From Candidatus Wolfebacteria bacterium GW2011_GWA1_44_24 (GTDB taxonomy: Bacteria; Patescibacteriota; Minisyncoccia; UBA6257; UBA9933), in assembly GCA_001001115.1 (NCBI GenBank), contig LCIO01000001.1, positions 236,339 to 300,338 on the forward strand: a stretch of DNA of 64,000 nt. The letters run 5' to 3'. Positions 56,098-64,000 of this stretch are shown here, one piece after another (positions within the stretch are counted from its first letter, which is position 1; each line of letters opens with the position of its first letter). The translations under genes were made by a program, and so were the position numbers. The notes beneath the pieces are model-generated. The model had not been told where the DNA came from. It saw only the letters and a program-made list of their open reading frames with translations, and ran no database searches.

Positions 56098-56691
56098 TCA
56101 GTGATTGTGGTTGTTTTCTTTTTCTTTTTTAATTATATCCGCCAGTTTATCCAAAAGCGTTTTGGGGTCAGCAGCAAAAACAATTTTTCCCTCCATTTCT
56201 TTGGCCCGGTGGGATTTTTCAATCAAAGTTTTGAAAAGTTCGTCTGTTTCCCATTCCCCCTGCAAAATGCCAATGGGCTTTTTGTCTTCAAAAGTAATGG
56301 TGAATTCATTTAACGTGCCCATCCGGCCGCAGCCGAAAATCACGGCGTCGGCCGATCTCACCAAAAGCAAATTTCTGCCCGAATAATTAAAGCCGGTATA
56401 AATGATTAAATCATGATAATCGGTGGGCAGCTGAAAATCTTTAATGTGTTCTTTTTCGGTGGCAGCCGGAGACAAACCAACCACGATGCCTCCCTCAGCT
56501 TTGGCGCCTTTGGCGGCCCAGTAAGGGAAGCCGGTAGTGGCGCCGGTTACCAAAACTGCGTCATGCCGGACAATTTCTTTTCCCAATTCTTCGGCAATAT
56601 TAAAAGCCGTTTGTCCGCAATGGCCGGTTTCCGCCGCGCCGGAAACGCAGATTTTATATTTATAAGTTGTATGACAAATATTATTATCCAT
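56098..56691 (-). CDS. LOG/TIGR00725-family Rossmann-fold nucleotide-binding protein
   Basis: …ICVSGAAETGHCG… (GxGxxG-like), …AVLVTGATTG…, PGGxGTxxE-like GCGRMGTLNE. Confidence 0.6.
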   Translation of the reverse strand: MDNNICHTTYKYKICVSGAAETGHCGQTAFNIAEELGKEIVRHDAVLVTGATTGFPYWAAKGAKAEGGIVVGLSPAATEKEHIKDFQLPTDYHDLIIYTGFNYSGRNLLLVRSADAVIFGCGRMGTLNEFTITFEDKKPIGILQGEWETDELFKTLIEKSHRAKEMEGKIVFAADPKTLLDKLADIIKKEKENNHNH

Positions 56692-56699
56692 CCAAAAAA

Positions 56700-58067
56700 T
56701 TATAACACAACCGCGTCTCCCATTGAAGGCACAATCGCCTCAACCGCCAAGTCGTCCATAATTTTGCCAGCCAAAGGCAAAGACTGGTCTTCTTCTCCCT
56801 GGACCACAAAAACTTTTTTTAATGATTTTTCGGCCGACCTCAGCCACTTCAACAGTTTTAAACTGTCGGCGTGAGCCGAATAACCTCCGATATTTTCTTT
56901 CCGGCAATTAACCGAAACTTCTTCGCCAAAAATTTTCACTTTTTTCTCTCCGTCCAAAATCCGCCGGCCCAAAGAATCTTTTGACTGATAACCGATGAAT
57001 AAAATGGCGCTTTTGTGGTCGGGCAAATAACGAAATTCATGATGAAGAATTCTGCCGCCCTGAGACATTCCGCTGCCGGCGATAATGATTTTCGGCGGCG
57101 GCACGCCGTTGATTTCTTTTGACTGTTCGGTGGTTAAAGAGAATTTTAATCCCGGAAAGTCAAAAATGGCGTCTCCTTTGCGCATCAAAGCCAGGGATTC
57201 CTTGTCGAAATAATCCGAATCTTGGGAATATTTCTTATAAATCGCGGTAAGTTTAATGGCCAGCGGACTGTCGATAAAAATCGGAACTCGCGGAATACGG
57301 CCGTTTTCCACAAGTTCATTAAGTTCATAAAGCAAGTCCTGCGTCCGTTCCATGGCAAAAGCCGGAATCATCAACGTTCCGCCGGCCTCTATCGTATCTT
57401 CGATCACGTCTTCTAAAATGTCTTTTCTTCTTTCCAAATCTTCGTGGACTCTATTGCCGTAAGTTGATTCAATAACCGCGTAATCGACAGCCGGAAGATT
57501 TTCTGTGTCTCTGACAATCGGAGTGGCAACATTGCCCAAGTCGCCGGAAAAAGCGATTTTTTTGCCGTCAACGGCAACAACGATGAAGCTTGAGCCAAGA
57601 ATATGGCCGGCGTCAAAAAATTCTATCTCAATCCCGCCCTGGGCAGAGCCAATTCGAAATTTTTGGCGATACCTGATTGTTTTCCAAAGCTCCATTGTTT
57701 TATTGATGTCTTCAAGAGAGTAAAGCGCTGGCATCTTTTTTTCTTCGGCTTCCTTATTCAAAAGATGCTCGGAATCAATCAAAAGATGTTCGGCAAAATT
57801 TTTGGTCGGCGCCGTAGAAAAAATTTCTCCTCTGAAGCCGTCTTTATAAAGTTTCGGCAAACGACCGGTGTGGTCTATATGAGCGTGAGTAATCAAAACC
57901 GCGTCAATGATTTTCGGATCATAGGGAAACGGCTCGAAATTGTGACGCTCGCAAAAACTCGAACCCTGAAAAAGCCCGCAATCGATCAAAATTTTCGCGT
58001 TTTCGCTTTCCAATAAATAATTGGCGCCGGTTACCGTCCGGGCCGCGCCGTAAAAAGTCAGTTTCAT
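56700..58067 (-). CDS. β-CASP metallo-β-lactamase RNA-processing nuclease (CPSF73/RNase J-like family)
   Basis: MKLTFYGAARTVTGANYLLE…ILIDCGLFQG…, HxHxDH (THAHIDHTG), β-CASP and C-terminal His motifs. 455 aa. Confidence 0.75.
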   Translation of the reverse strand: MKLTFYGAARTVTGANYLLESENAKILIDCGLFQGSSFCERHNFEPFPYDPKIIDAVLITHAHIDHTGRLPKLYKDGFRGEIFSTAPTKNFAEHLLIDSEHLLNKEAEEKKMPALYSLEDINKTMELWKTIRYRQKFRIGSAQGGIEIEFFDAGHILGSSFIVVAVDGKKIAFSGDLGNVATPIVRDTENLPAVDYAVIESTYGNRVHEDLERRKDILEDVIEDTIEAGGTLMIPAFAMERTQDLLYELNELVENGRIPRVPIFIDSPLAIKLTAIYKKYSQDSDYFDKESLALMRKGDAIFDFPGLKFSLTTEQSKEINGVPPPKIIIAGSGMSQGGRILHHEFRYLPDHKSAILFIGYQSKDSLGRRILDGEKKVKIFGEEVSVNCRKENIGGYSAHADSLKLLKWLRSAEKSLKKVFVVQGEEDQSLPLAGKIMDDLAVEAIVPSMGDAVVL

Positions 58068-58519
58068 AAATAAATTATTCTTTCATTTTCCCTTTTCCCG
58101 TGTTCAAATTTTATCTTAATTATATTTTTGGGTAAATACCTTTTAACTACTTCCGGCCATTCAATCAAAACAATGTTCTGCGGATTGTTTAAAATTTCTT
58201 TTAATCCCAATTCCAGCAGTTCTTTGGGTTTGTGAAGGCGATAATAATCAATATGATAAATATTTTTAAATCTTAAATTTTTGATCTTAAATCTTTTTGC
58301 CAGTACAAAAGTCGGACTGGTTATTTTTTTTCTGATTCCCGCGCCCCTCATAAATCCTTGGACAAAAGTTGTTTTGCCCGTTCCCAAATGGCCGCTTAAA
58401 GCCAAAACCAGAGCAGCTTTGCCGGAAAATTTCGTTTTAAGGATTTCTCGGGCCAGTAAGGCGGCGAATTTTTTAGTCTTAATGAAACCGTTGGATTCTA
58501 TCGAGCTATATTTAACCAT
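58064..58519 (-). CDS. tsaE: tRNA threonylcarbamoyladenosine biosynthesis ATPase TsaE (YjeE)
   Basis: Walker A LSGHLGTGKTTFVQGF. ~150 aa. …HIDYYRL… motif. Confidence 0.8.
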   Translation of the reverse strand: MVKYSSIESNGFIKTKKFAALLAREILKTKFSGKAALVLALSGHLGTGKTTFVQGFMRGAGIRKKITSPTFVLAKRFKIKNLRFKNIYHIDYYRLHKPKELLELGLKEILNNPQNIVLIEWPEVVKRYLPKNIIKIKFEHGKRENERIIYL

Positions 58520-59499
58520 TTATAAGTCTCTTCTGTTGCCATCCTGCCGATCGGCGTTCTCTGAAGAAAACCGATTTTTATCAAATAGGGCTCGTAAACT
58601 TCTTCAATAACTCCTTTTTCTTCGCCCAAGGCCGCGGTCAAGGCGTTGACTCCCACCGGTCCACCCCCAAATTTCTCAATTATCATTTTCAAAAGATGGC
58701 GGTCGTAGGATTCCAGTCCCATTTCGTCAATTTCCAAAATTTTAAAAGTTTCCGAGACAATCTCTTTGTCAATAATTTTTAAATTTCTCATCTCGGCAAA
58801 ATCTCTTGAACGCTTAAGCAAACGGTTAGCCAAGCGGGGAGTGAAGCGCGACGCCCTAGCAATGGCTGAAACCGCTTCCGAAGCGATTTCAAAACCAAGG
58901 ATTTTGGCCGAGCGCTCGACAATCGCTTCGATGTCTTGTTTTTCATAATAATCAAATCTGAAAATCGCGCCAAAACGCGAACGCAAAGGAGGAGAAATTA
59001 AATTAACCCGGGTGGTGGCGCAAATCAGAGTAAAATAAGGCAAGTCCAGGGAAATCGCCCTTGCCGAAGGGCCCTTGCCGAGAGTCAAATGAATTTTCCT
59101 CTCGTCAATGGCTGAATAAAATAATTCTTCAACGGGCCTCGGTACCCGATGAGCTTCATCAATAAACAAAATGTCTTTTTCTTCCAAGTTGGATAAAATG
59201 GCCGCCAAATCGCCGATTCGGCTTAAACTCGGCCCCGAGACAACCCGCAAATTACTTTTGCTCTCTGCGGCGATTAAATGAGCCAGAGTGGTTTTCCCCA
59301 GTCCCGGCTGGCCGTAGAATAACAAATGATCGAATGGTTCGTTTCTTTTATTAGCGGCCTCCAAAATTATTTTCAGGCCTTTTTTAATTCTTTTCTGGCC
59401 GATATAATCATTCCAAGAAAAAGGCCTCAATACAGCATCGAGAGATTGGTCATCTTTCGGTTTTTGATTCCTTGTTTTCTTAATATTGACTTTTTTCAT
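58498..59499 (-). CDS. ruvB: Holliday-junction branch-migration helicase RuvB
   Basis: Walker A GQPGLGKTTLAHLIA, Walker B LFIDEAHR, sensor motifs, C-terminal winged helix. 333 aa. Confidence 0.93.
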   Translation of the reverse strand: MKKVNIKKTRNQKPKDDQSLDAVLRPFSWNDYIGQKRIKKGLKIILEAANKRNEPFDHLLFYGQPGLGKTTLAHLIAAESKSNLRVVSGPSLSRIGDLAAILSNLEEKDILFIDEAHRVPRPVEELFYSAIDERKIHLTLGKGPSARAISLDLPYFTLICATTRVNLISPPLRSRFGAIFRFDYYEKQDIEAIVERSAKILGFEIASEAVSAIARASRFTPRLANRLLKRSRDFAEMRNLKIIDKEIVSETFKILEIDEMGLESYDRHLLKMIIEKFGGGPVGVNALTAALGEEKGVIEEVYEPYLIKIGFLQRTPIGRMATEETYKWLNIAR

Positions 59500-59525
59500 A
59501 AAGTATGCTATGTTGTTGATAACCG

Positions 59526-59672
59526 TCTGACCCTGTGGGCAAATTAGGAATTGTTTTTAGTTTTCGGACGATTCGGCTCCGGCTGGGTCTATCCTCGGAA
59601 CAATTCTTGACCTTGCGGGATTTATCTCCCGCGAGACTTTAACCAATGTGCCCACAGAGTCAGGCGGTTTTT
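59526..59672 (+). ncRNA. Candidate structured small RNA (~145 nt) closed by a 15-bp outer stem and followed by T7; class unknown
   Basis: Outer stem CTGACCCTGTGGGCA / TGCCCACAGAGTCAG. Inner stem GGAATTGTT / AACAATTC. Hairpin CTTGCGGGA-tttatc-TCCCGCGAG. 3' GGCGGTTTTTTA. Lies between the pilB stop and the ruvB start. No SRP RNA helix-8 motif seen. Confidence 0.4.
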
Positions 59673-61399
59673 TATTGCCACGCTATCGATCCGGTCGCCG
59701 ATTCCACTTCCTCAAAAGAAGTGAAGCCGGAAATTATTTTCAAAATACCATCCTGCTGCATAGTTACCATTTCCTGATTCAGGGCGAATCTTTCAATCGC
59801 TGATTCCGGAGCTCCGGCCAAAATCAAATCCTCCAACTCTTTACGAGAGGAAAGGTCGCGATGAGCCGGATTAATAAGCAATTTTTCATACTCCGGGTCG
59901 TTTAATAATAATTCATAAATTCCGATTCGGCCAAGATAACCGGAGTTATTACATTTTAAGCATCCTTTCGGCTGATAAATTTTAATTTCTTTGAAATTGT
60001 CCCGGCTGACTCTTCTCGGCAATTTATCAAAGAATTTCTCGATTTTGTTTTTAAGTTCGGGGTTGGTCTCTTGGGGACTTTTACAAAACCGGCACAAGCG
60101 GCGAACCAGTCTTTGGGCGATTATCAAATTCAGCGCCGGCCCGATGCTGGACGGCTTAACGCCCAAATCAAGCAGCCGAGGAACGACGCCCGAAGCCGAA
60201 TTGGCGTGAACCGTTGAAAAAACCAAATGTCCGGTCAGGGCGGCTTGAATACCGATTTCCGCTGTTTCTTTGTCGCGCATTTCGCCGACTAAAATAACGT
60301 CTGGGTCCTGACGCATTAAAGAACGTAAACCGTTGGCAAAAGTGTACCCCGCCCCTTCGTCAACCTGGGTCTGTTCAATCCCTTCCAAATGATACTCAAT
60401 CGGATCTTCAATGGCGATGATTTTTATGGTCGGGCTTTTTTTATATTTAAGGAAAGCGTAAAGGGTGGTGGTTTTGCCGGCGCCGGTCGGTCCGGCGTTT
60501 AAAATCATGCCGTTGGGCCTTTTCAATTCGGTTTTAATAATTTCTAAATCGTCTTCCCTGATCCCCAAATCCGACAGGGTTAAGTTGACGACTTCCGGGT
60601 CAAGCAAACGCATTACCGCCACTTCCCCGAATTCCGAAGGCGCGATCGCCACCCTGACTTCGATTTTTTTATCAGGGAAAGAAATGCTGAATCGGCCGTC
60701 TTGCGGTTTGTTGCGAATATTAATTTTCAGATCGGAAAGCAATTTGACGCGCGAAAGCAATCGGGAATAAAAATCGCGCCCAAAATTTTCAAACGCGTCG
60801 TGCAAAATGCCGTCAATTCTAATTCTTAATTTCACCCTATCTTCAAGCGGCTCAAAATGAACATCCGATGCCCGCAAGACAAGCGCGCCGAACAAAACAA
60901 TTTCAAAAATTTTGCCCAACTCATCATTAAGAAAATCAATTGAGCCAAGTGCTTCGGTAAAATTTTTAACCGAAACCAATTTCTCTTTAAGTTTTAAGAA
61001 TTTGTCCGTCTGAATTTCAATTTTGCCGGTGATTTGCTTTTGACGCTCGGAAATAAAGCGGTAAAAATCAAAAGCGCGGGAAAGGCCGCTTAAAGAAGCG
61101 GTAAAAAGCCGAATTTCAAACCCCTGGGACTTCAGTTTTTTAGTCAATTCTTTGACTAAAAACGAGTCGGGGTCCGCGGCCGCTATAAATAATTTTTTTT
61201 CTTTAATATCAACGGCAACAATTTGCGTCTTTTTGGCGATTTCCTTAGAAATCAATCCCAGCGCTTCAGTATTAATGGGTAAGGCCGACAAATCAATATA
61301 GGGATGGCCACTTTTTTGAGCTCTTCTTTGAGCGTCTCGCTCTTCGGCTTGGCGCCGCAAATTAGTCAATTTTTGCTGAAGATTAGAACCTGGCAACAT
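59672..61399 (-). CDS. pilB: Type IV pilus assembly / type II secretion ATPase PilB (GspE family)
   Basis: N-terminal T2SSE_N region. Walker A GPTGAGKTTT, Asp box, His box (…VHANSASG…), tetracysteine CxxC…CxxC. Start set at the internal Met (MLPGSNLQQKL); the ORF-track start at 61432 would overlap promoter-like TATATAATAT. Confidence 0.85.
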   Translation of the reverse strand: MLPGSNLQQKLTNLRRQAEERDAQRRAQKSGHPYIDLSALPINTEALGLISKEIAKKTQIVAVDIKEKKLFIAAADPDSFLVKELTKKLKSQGFEIRLFTASLSGLSRAFDFYRFISERQKQITGKIEIQTDKFLKLKEKLVSVKNFTEALGSIDFLNDELGKIFEIVLFGALVLRASDVHFEPLEDRVKLRIRIDGILHDAFENFGRDFYSRLLSRVKLLSDLKINIRNKPQDGRFSISFPDKKIEVRVAIAPSEFGEVAVMRLLDPEVVNLTLSDLGIREDDLEIIKTELKRPNGMILNAGPTGAGKTTTLYAFLKYKKSPTIKIIAIEDPIEYHLEGIEQTQVDEGAGYTFANGLRSLMRQDPDVILVGEMRDKETAEIGIQAALTGHLVFSTVHANSASGVVPRLLDLGVKPSSIGPALNLIIAQRLVRRLCRFCKSPQETNPELKNKIEKFFDKLPRRVSRDNFKEIKIYQPKGCLKCNNSGYLGRIGIYELLLNDPEYEKLLINPAHRDLSSRKELEDLILAGAPESAIERFALNQEMVTMQQDGILKIISGFTSFEEVESATGSIAWQ

Positions 61400-61432
61400 T
61401 GATAATATTATATAACAGAAATAGTTTTCCAC

Positions 61433-61530
61433 AACTAATTCACAGATTCTTGGTTTCGCGTCATTTGACTAAATCTATAATCAAAATAAAATAGGGATAA
61501 TCGTTTGCAAAATAAAAATTTAAAACAACC
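61433..61530 (+). promoter_or_regulatory. dnaA upstream region with DnaA-box-like TTTTCCACA
   Basis: …agTTTTCCACAactaattcacag… 8/9 match to TTATCCACA; AT-rich. Confidence 0.45.
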
Positions 61531-62886
61531 ATGAACTCCGAACAACTCTGGGAAACAACTTTATCGGAACTTGAACTCCAAATCTCGCGAGCCAACTTTC
61601 TGACTTGGCTTAAAAACAGCCGCTTGCTCGAAAAAAAAGACGGTGGAGAAGTTTTGATCGGCCTGGCGAATAATTTTGCCAAAGAATGGGTGGAAAATAA
61701 ATATCACAAGATGATTTTTGAGATACTTAAAAACCATGACGACTCCGTTAAAAAAATTGAATATACGGTTGTCGGCTCAAAAATATCTTTTTCGGAAAAA
61801 AATTTTTCAGAGAACAAAGAACGTCAACCAACTCTTCCGGAATTCAAAGTTGATCCCGAGACGGGACTGCACCCCCGATACGTTTTAAATTCGTTCGTTG
61901 TCGGCTCTTCCAACGAGCTAGCTTACGCGGCCAGTCTCGCGGTTGTTAAAAATGTAGGATCAAAATATAATCCGCTTTTTATTTATGGCGGCACCGGCCT
62001 CGGCAAAACCCACCTGATTCAGGCCATCGGCAATGAAATTAAAAAAATTTATAAAAATAAAGTTAAGGTTAAATATGTGCATTGCGAAAAATTCGTCAAT
62101 GAAGTGGTTAGCGGCATTCGCAATAAAAGAATGGAGGATATTAAAGATAGATATCGCAGTATTGATGTTTTAATTATTGACGACATTCAATTCATCGGCG
62201 GCAAAGAAAGAAGTGAGGAAGAATTTTTCCACACCTTCAACGTTTTGCATGAAAATAACAAACAAATCATTATTTCCTCCGACCGGCCGCCGGCCTCTTT
62301 GCCGACGCTTCACGAACGGCTGCGTTCGCGTTTTGAGGGCGGAATGGCCGCGGACATCACTTACCCGGACTTTGAAACGCGAATGGCTATTATTAAAACC
62401 AAGTTGGCGGAAATAAAAGGCGATTTGCCGGATAATATCTGCCAAATTATCGCTTCCCGGGTGCAAAGAAACATTAGAGAAATTGAGGGAATTTTGAATA
62501 AAATCTTGTTTTATGGAGAAACAAAACGCATCGGGTTGGATTCTAAAACAGTTGAAGAAATAATCGACAACACCATCAAGCGGGTGGATAAAAAGGTGAC
62601 TCCCAATCAAATAATTGGGGCGGTGGCTAATTTTTTTGAAGTTTTGCCCGAAGATATCTCTAACCACTCTCGCCGGAAAAAAGTGATTGAACCGAGGCAA
62701 ATTTCTATTTTCCTGCTTCGGGAAATATTGGGGATGTCTTATCCGGATATTGGGGAAAAAATAGGGAAAAGAGACCACACCACCGCCATTCACTCTTATG
62801 AGAAAATTTTAAGGGAAACCAACAAAAATCAACCGTTAAACCAAAAAATCGCGCTAATAAAAGAATTAATTTACGAAAATCAATAA
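61531..62886 (+). CDS. dnaA: Chromosomal replication initiator DnaA
   Basis: Walker A GGTGLGKTHL, Walker B LIIDDIQF, sensor/box VII, C-terminal DnaA-box-binding HTH (…VIEPRQISIFLLREILGMSYPDIGEKIGKRDHTTAIHSYEKI…). Confidence 0.95.
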   Translation: MNSEQLWETTLSELELQISRANFLTWLKNSRLLEKKDGGEVLIGLANNFAKEWVENKYHKMIFEILKNHDDSVKKIEYTVVGSKISFSEKNFSENKERQPTLPEFKVDPETGLHPRYVLNSFVVGSSNELAYAASLAVVKNVGSKYNPLFIYGGTGLGKTHLIQAIGNEIKKIYKNKVKVKYVHCEKFVNEVVSGIRNKRMEDIKDRYRSIDVLIIDDIQFIGGKERSEEEFFHTFNVLHENNKQIIISSDRPPASLPTLHERLRSRFEGGMAADITYPDFETRMAIIKTKLAEIKGDLPDNICQIIASRVQRNIREIEGILNKILFYGETKRIGLDSKTVEEIIDNTIKRVDKKVTPNQIIGAVANFFEVLPEDISNHSRRKKVIEPRQISIFLLREILGMSYPDIGEKIGKRDHTTAIHSYEKILRETNKNQPLNQKIALIKELIYENQ

Positions 62887-63039
62887 ACTTATTAACCCCC
62901 GCTTATTCACAAGCAGTCTGGGTTTAAAAATTAAAAACAGTTAATTTAGTAATGGACATTTTAAGTTTATCCACAAATTAACATCCCCCAACTAAAACTA
63001 CTAATTATTTATTTATATAGTTATTATATAATTGTTATT
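62887..63039. promoter_or_regulatory. oriC candidate in the dnaA-dnaN intergenic: perfect DnaA box TTATCCACA, a second TTATTCACA, and an AT-rich DNA-unwinding element
   Basis: …cgcTTATTCACAagc… ; …agtTTATCCACAaatt… ; then …ctaattatttatttatatagttattatataattgttatt immediately 5' of dnaN. Confidence 0.7.
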
Positions 63040-64000
63040 ATGAAATTTATTGTTCTTAATAAAAATCTTAAAGATGGGTTGCGGGCAATAGAGCGGATTG
63101 CCGAAGAAAATTCTAATCTGCCGATTTTAAAGAATTTTTTAATTGAATCGTTTGAAAATAAAATTAAACTGGCGGCGACCAATCTTGAACTGGGAATAAT
63201 TAGTTTTATTTCTGGGAAAATTATTGAAAACGGCGGATTAACAATACCGCTGAATTTATTTAATTCAATAATTAATAATCTTCAAGTTGAAAGAATTAAT
63301 TTGGAGTTAACTAAAAATAATAAATTATCAATAAAAACCGACAACTATCAGGCGGAAATTCAAGGAATTAAAAAAGAAGAATTCCCAATTATTCCAAAAA
63401 TAAAAAACGACGAATTTTATTTAAAAATTCAAAATTCGGAACTAAAAAACATTTTATCGTTAATTGTCGGCGCCGCGGCCCAAGAAAACAGGCCAGAACT
63501 CAACGGTATTTTATTGGACTACCAAACAACTTTATTAAAATTAGCCGCCACCGACACCTTCCGGCTTTCGGAAAAAACTATTTTCAACACCCAGTTTGAA
63601 TCAAATATAGATAAAAATTTTAAAATAATCATCCCCCTAAAAACAATCCAAGAAGTTATTCGGGGATTACAATTTAATGAAGAAGGAAAAACCGCTATTT
63701 TTTTTGACGCCAATCAAATTCTTTTCAAAACCGAAAACACGGAAATAATTTCTCGGCTGATTAACGGCGAGTATCCTGATTATCAGCAGATTATTCCCAA
63801 AAATTTTGAAACGGAAATATCCCTAAACAAAGATGAATTAATCGGCGCCCTTAAACTAGCCGGTGTTTTTACAGACCAACTCAACGAAATAAAATTTATT
63901 ATCAAAGAAGGCGCTAAAAACATAGAAGTATTTTCTTTTAATCAATCTCTGGGAGAAAACCGGTATTTGATTCCGGCAAAAATAAAAGGAGCGGCGGCGG
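63040..64000 (+). CDS. dnaN: DNA polymerase III β sliding clamp (dnaN), 3'-truncated by the window edge
   Basis: MKFIVLNKNLKDGLRAIERI…LKLAATNLELGI…; three-domain β-clamp pattern and position immediately after dnaA. Confidence 0.85.
   Translation, partial: MKFIVLNKNLKDGLRAIERIAEENSNLPILKNFLIESFENKIKLAATNLELGIISFISGKIIENGGLTIPLNLFNSIINNLQVERINLELTKNNKLSIKTDNYQAEIQGIKKEEFPIIPKIKNDEFYLKIQNSELKNILSLIVGAAAQENRPELNGILLDYQTTLLKLAATDTFRLSEKTIFNTQFESNIDKNFKIIIPLKTIQEVIRGLQFNEEGKTAIFFDANQILFKTENTEIISRLINGEYPDYQQIIPKNFETEISLNKDELIGALKLAGVFTDQLNEIKFIIKEGAKNIEVFSFNQSLGENRYLIPAKIKGAAA

Noticed and set aside
1-64000. CRISPR arrays, rRNA genes, transposases/integrases
   Set aside because: No regularly spaced direct repeats, no 16S/23S/5S signatures and no recognisable transposase, integrase or recombinase ORF were found. 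Mobile-looking features are limited to the hairpin element, the modular repeats and the GIY-YIG/tRNA scar.

Overview
This 64 kb window is a chromosomal segment from an AT-leaning, small-genome bacterium. Gene content and compact organisation are consistent with a Patescibacteria/CPR-like lineage, but that is inference only. The right end contains the replication origin region: pilB (-), dnaA (+), a DnaA-box/AT-rich oriC, then dnaN (+, truncated by the window). Housekeeping genes recognised by motif include clpB, a cysteine desulfurase, tatD, metG, glycyl-tRNA synthetase, recO, recA, ftsK, folD, dgkA, galT, gyrA, an S1-domain protein, ftsH, RNase J, secG, ruvB, tsaE and an EndoQ-like PHP nuclease. 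Six tRNAs are present: Val-TAC, Leu-TAG, Ile-TAT, Leu-CAG, Arg-CCG, plus a 5' fragment of tRNA-Arg.

The features that stand out are as follows. (1) At 31.3-35.7 kb there is an SPFH protein and a downstream membrane protein, then a tightly packed tandem array of five small secreted two-helix membrane proteins and a convergent paralog. The array members have variable N-termini and a conserved core, show translational coupling, and share a 56-nt identical gene-conversion tract between paralogs. They are candidate T-pilin (VirB2/TrbC-like) or other surface variation cassettes. (2) A ~55-nt conserved hairpin core, flanked by non-identical but self-complementary stems, occurs twice. One copy lies upstream of a 3D-domain gene; the other sits in frame inside a phosphomannomutase gene that now carries a single TAA stop. 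(3) A modular intergenic repeat family appears five times around tRNA genes and around a higher-GC island at 50.8-54.2 kb. The island carries a DHOD-like gene, an unknown gene, an alaX-like gene and a GIY-YIG ORF wedged between tRNA-Arg and a duplicated tRNA fragment. (4) A parS-like site (14/16 to TGTTTCACGTGAAACA) and four TGTTTCAC half-sites lie at 28.0-28.2 kb. (5) A ~145-nt multi-stem candidate ncRNA lies between pilB and ruvB. No CRISPR array, rRNA or recognisable transposase was seen. All coordinates of non-ORF features were hand-counted and may be off by 1-2 nt.
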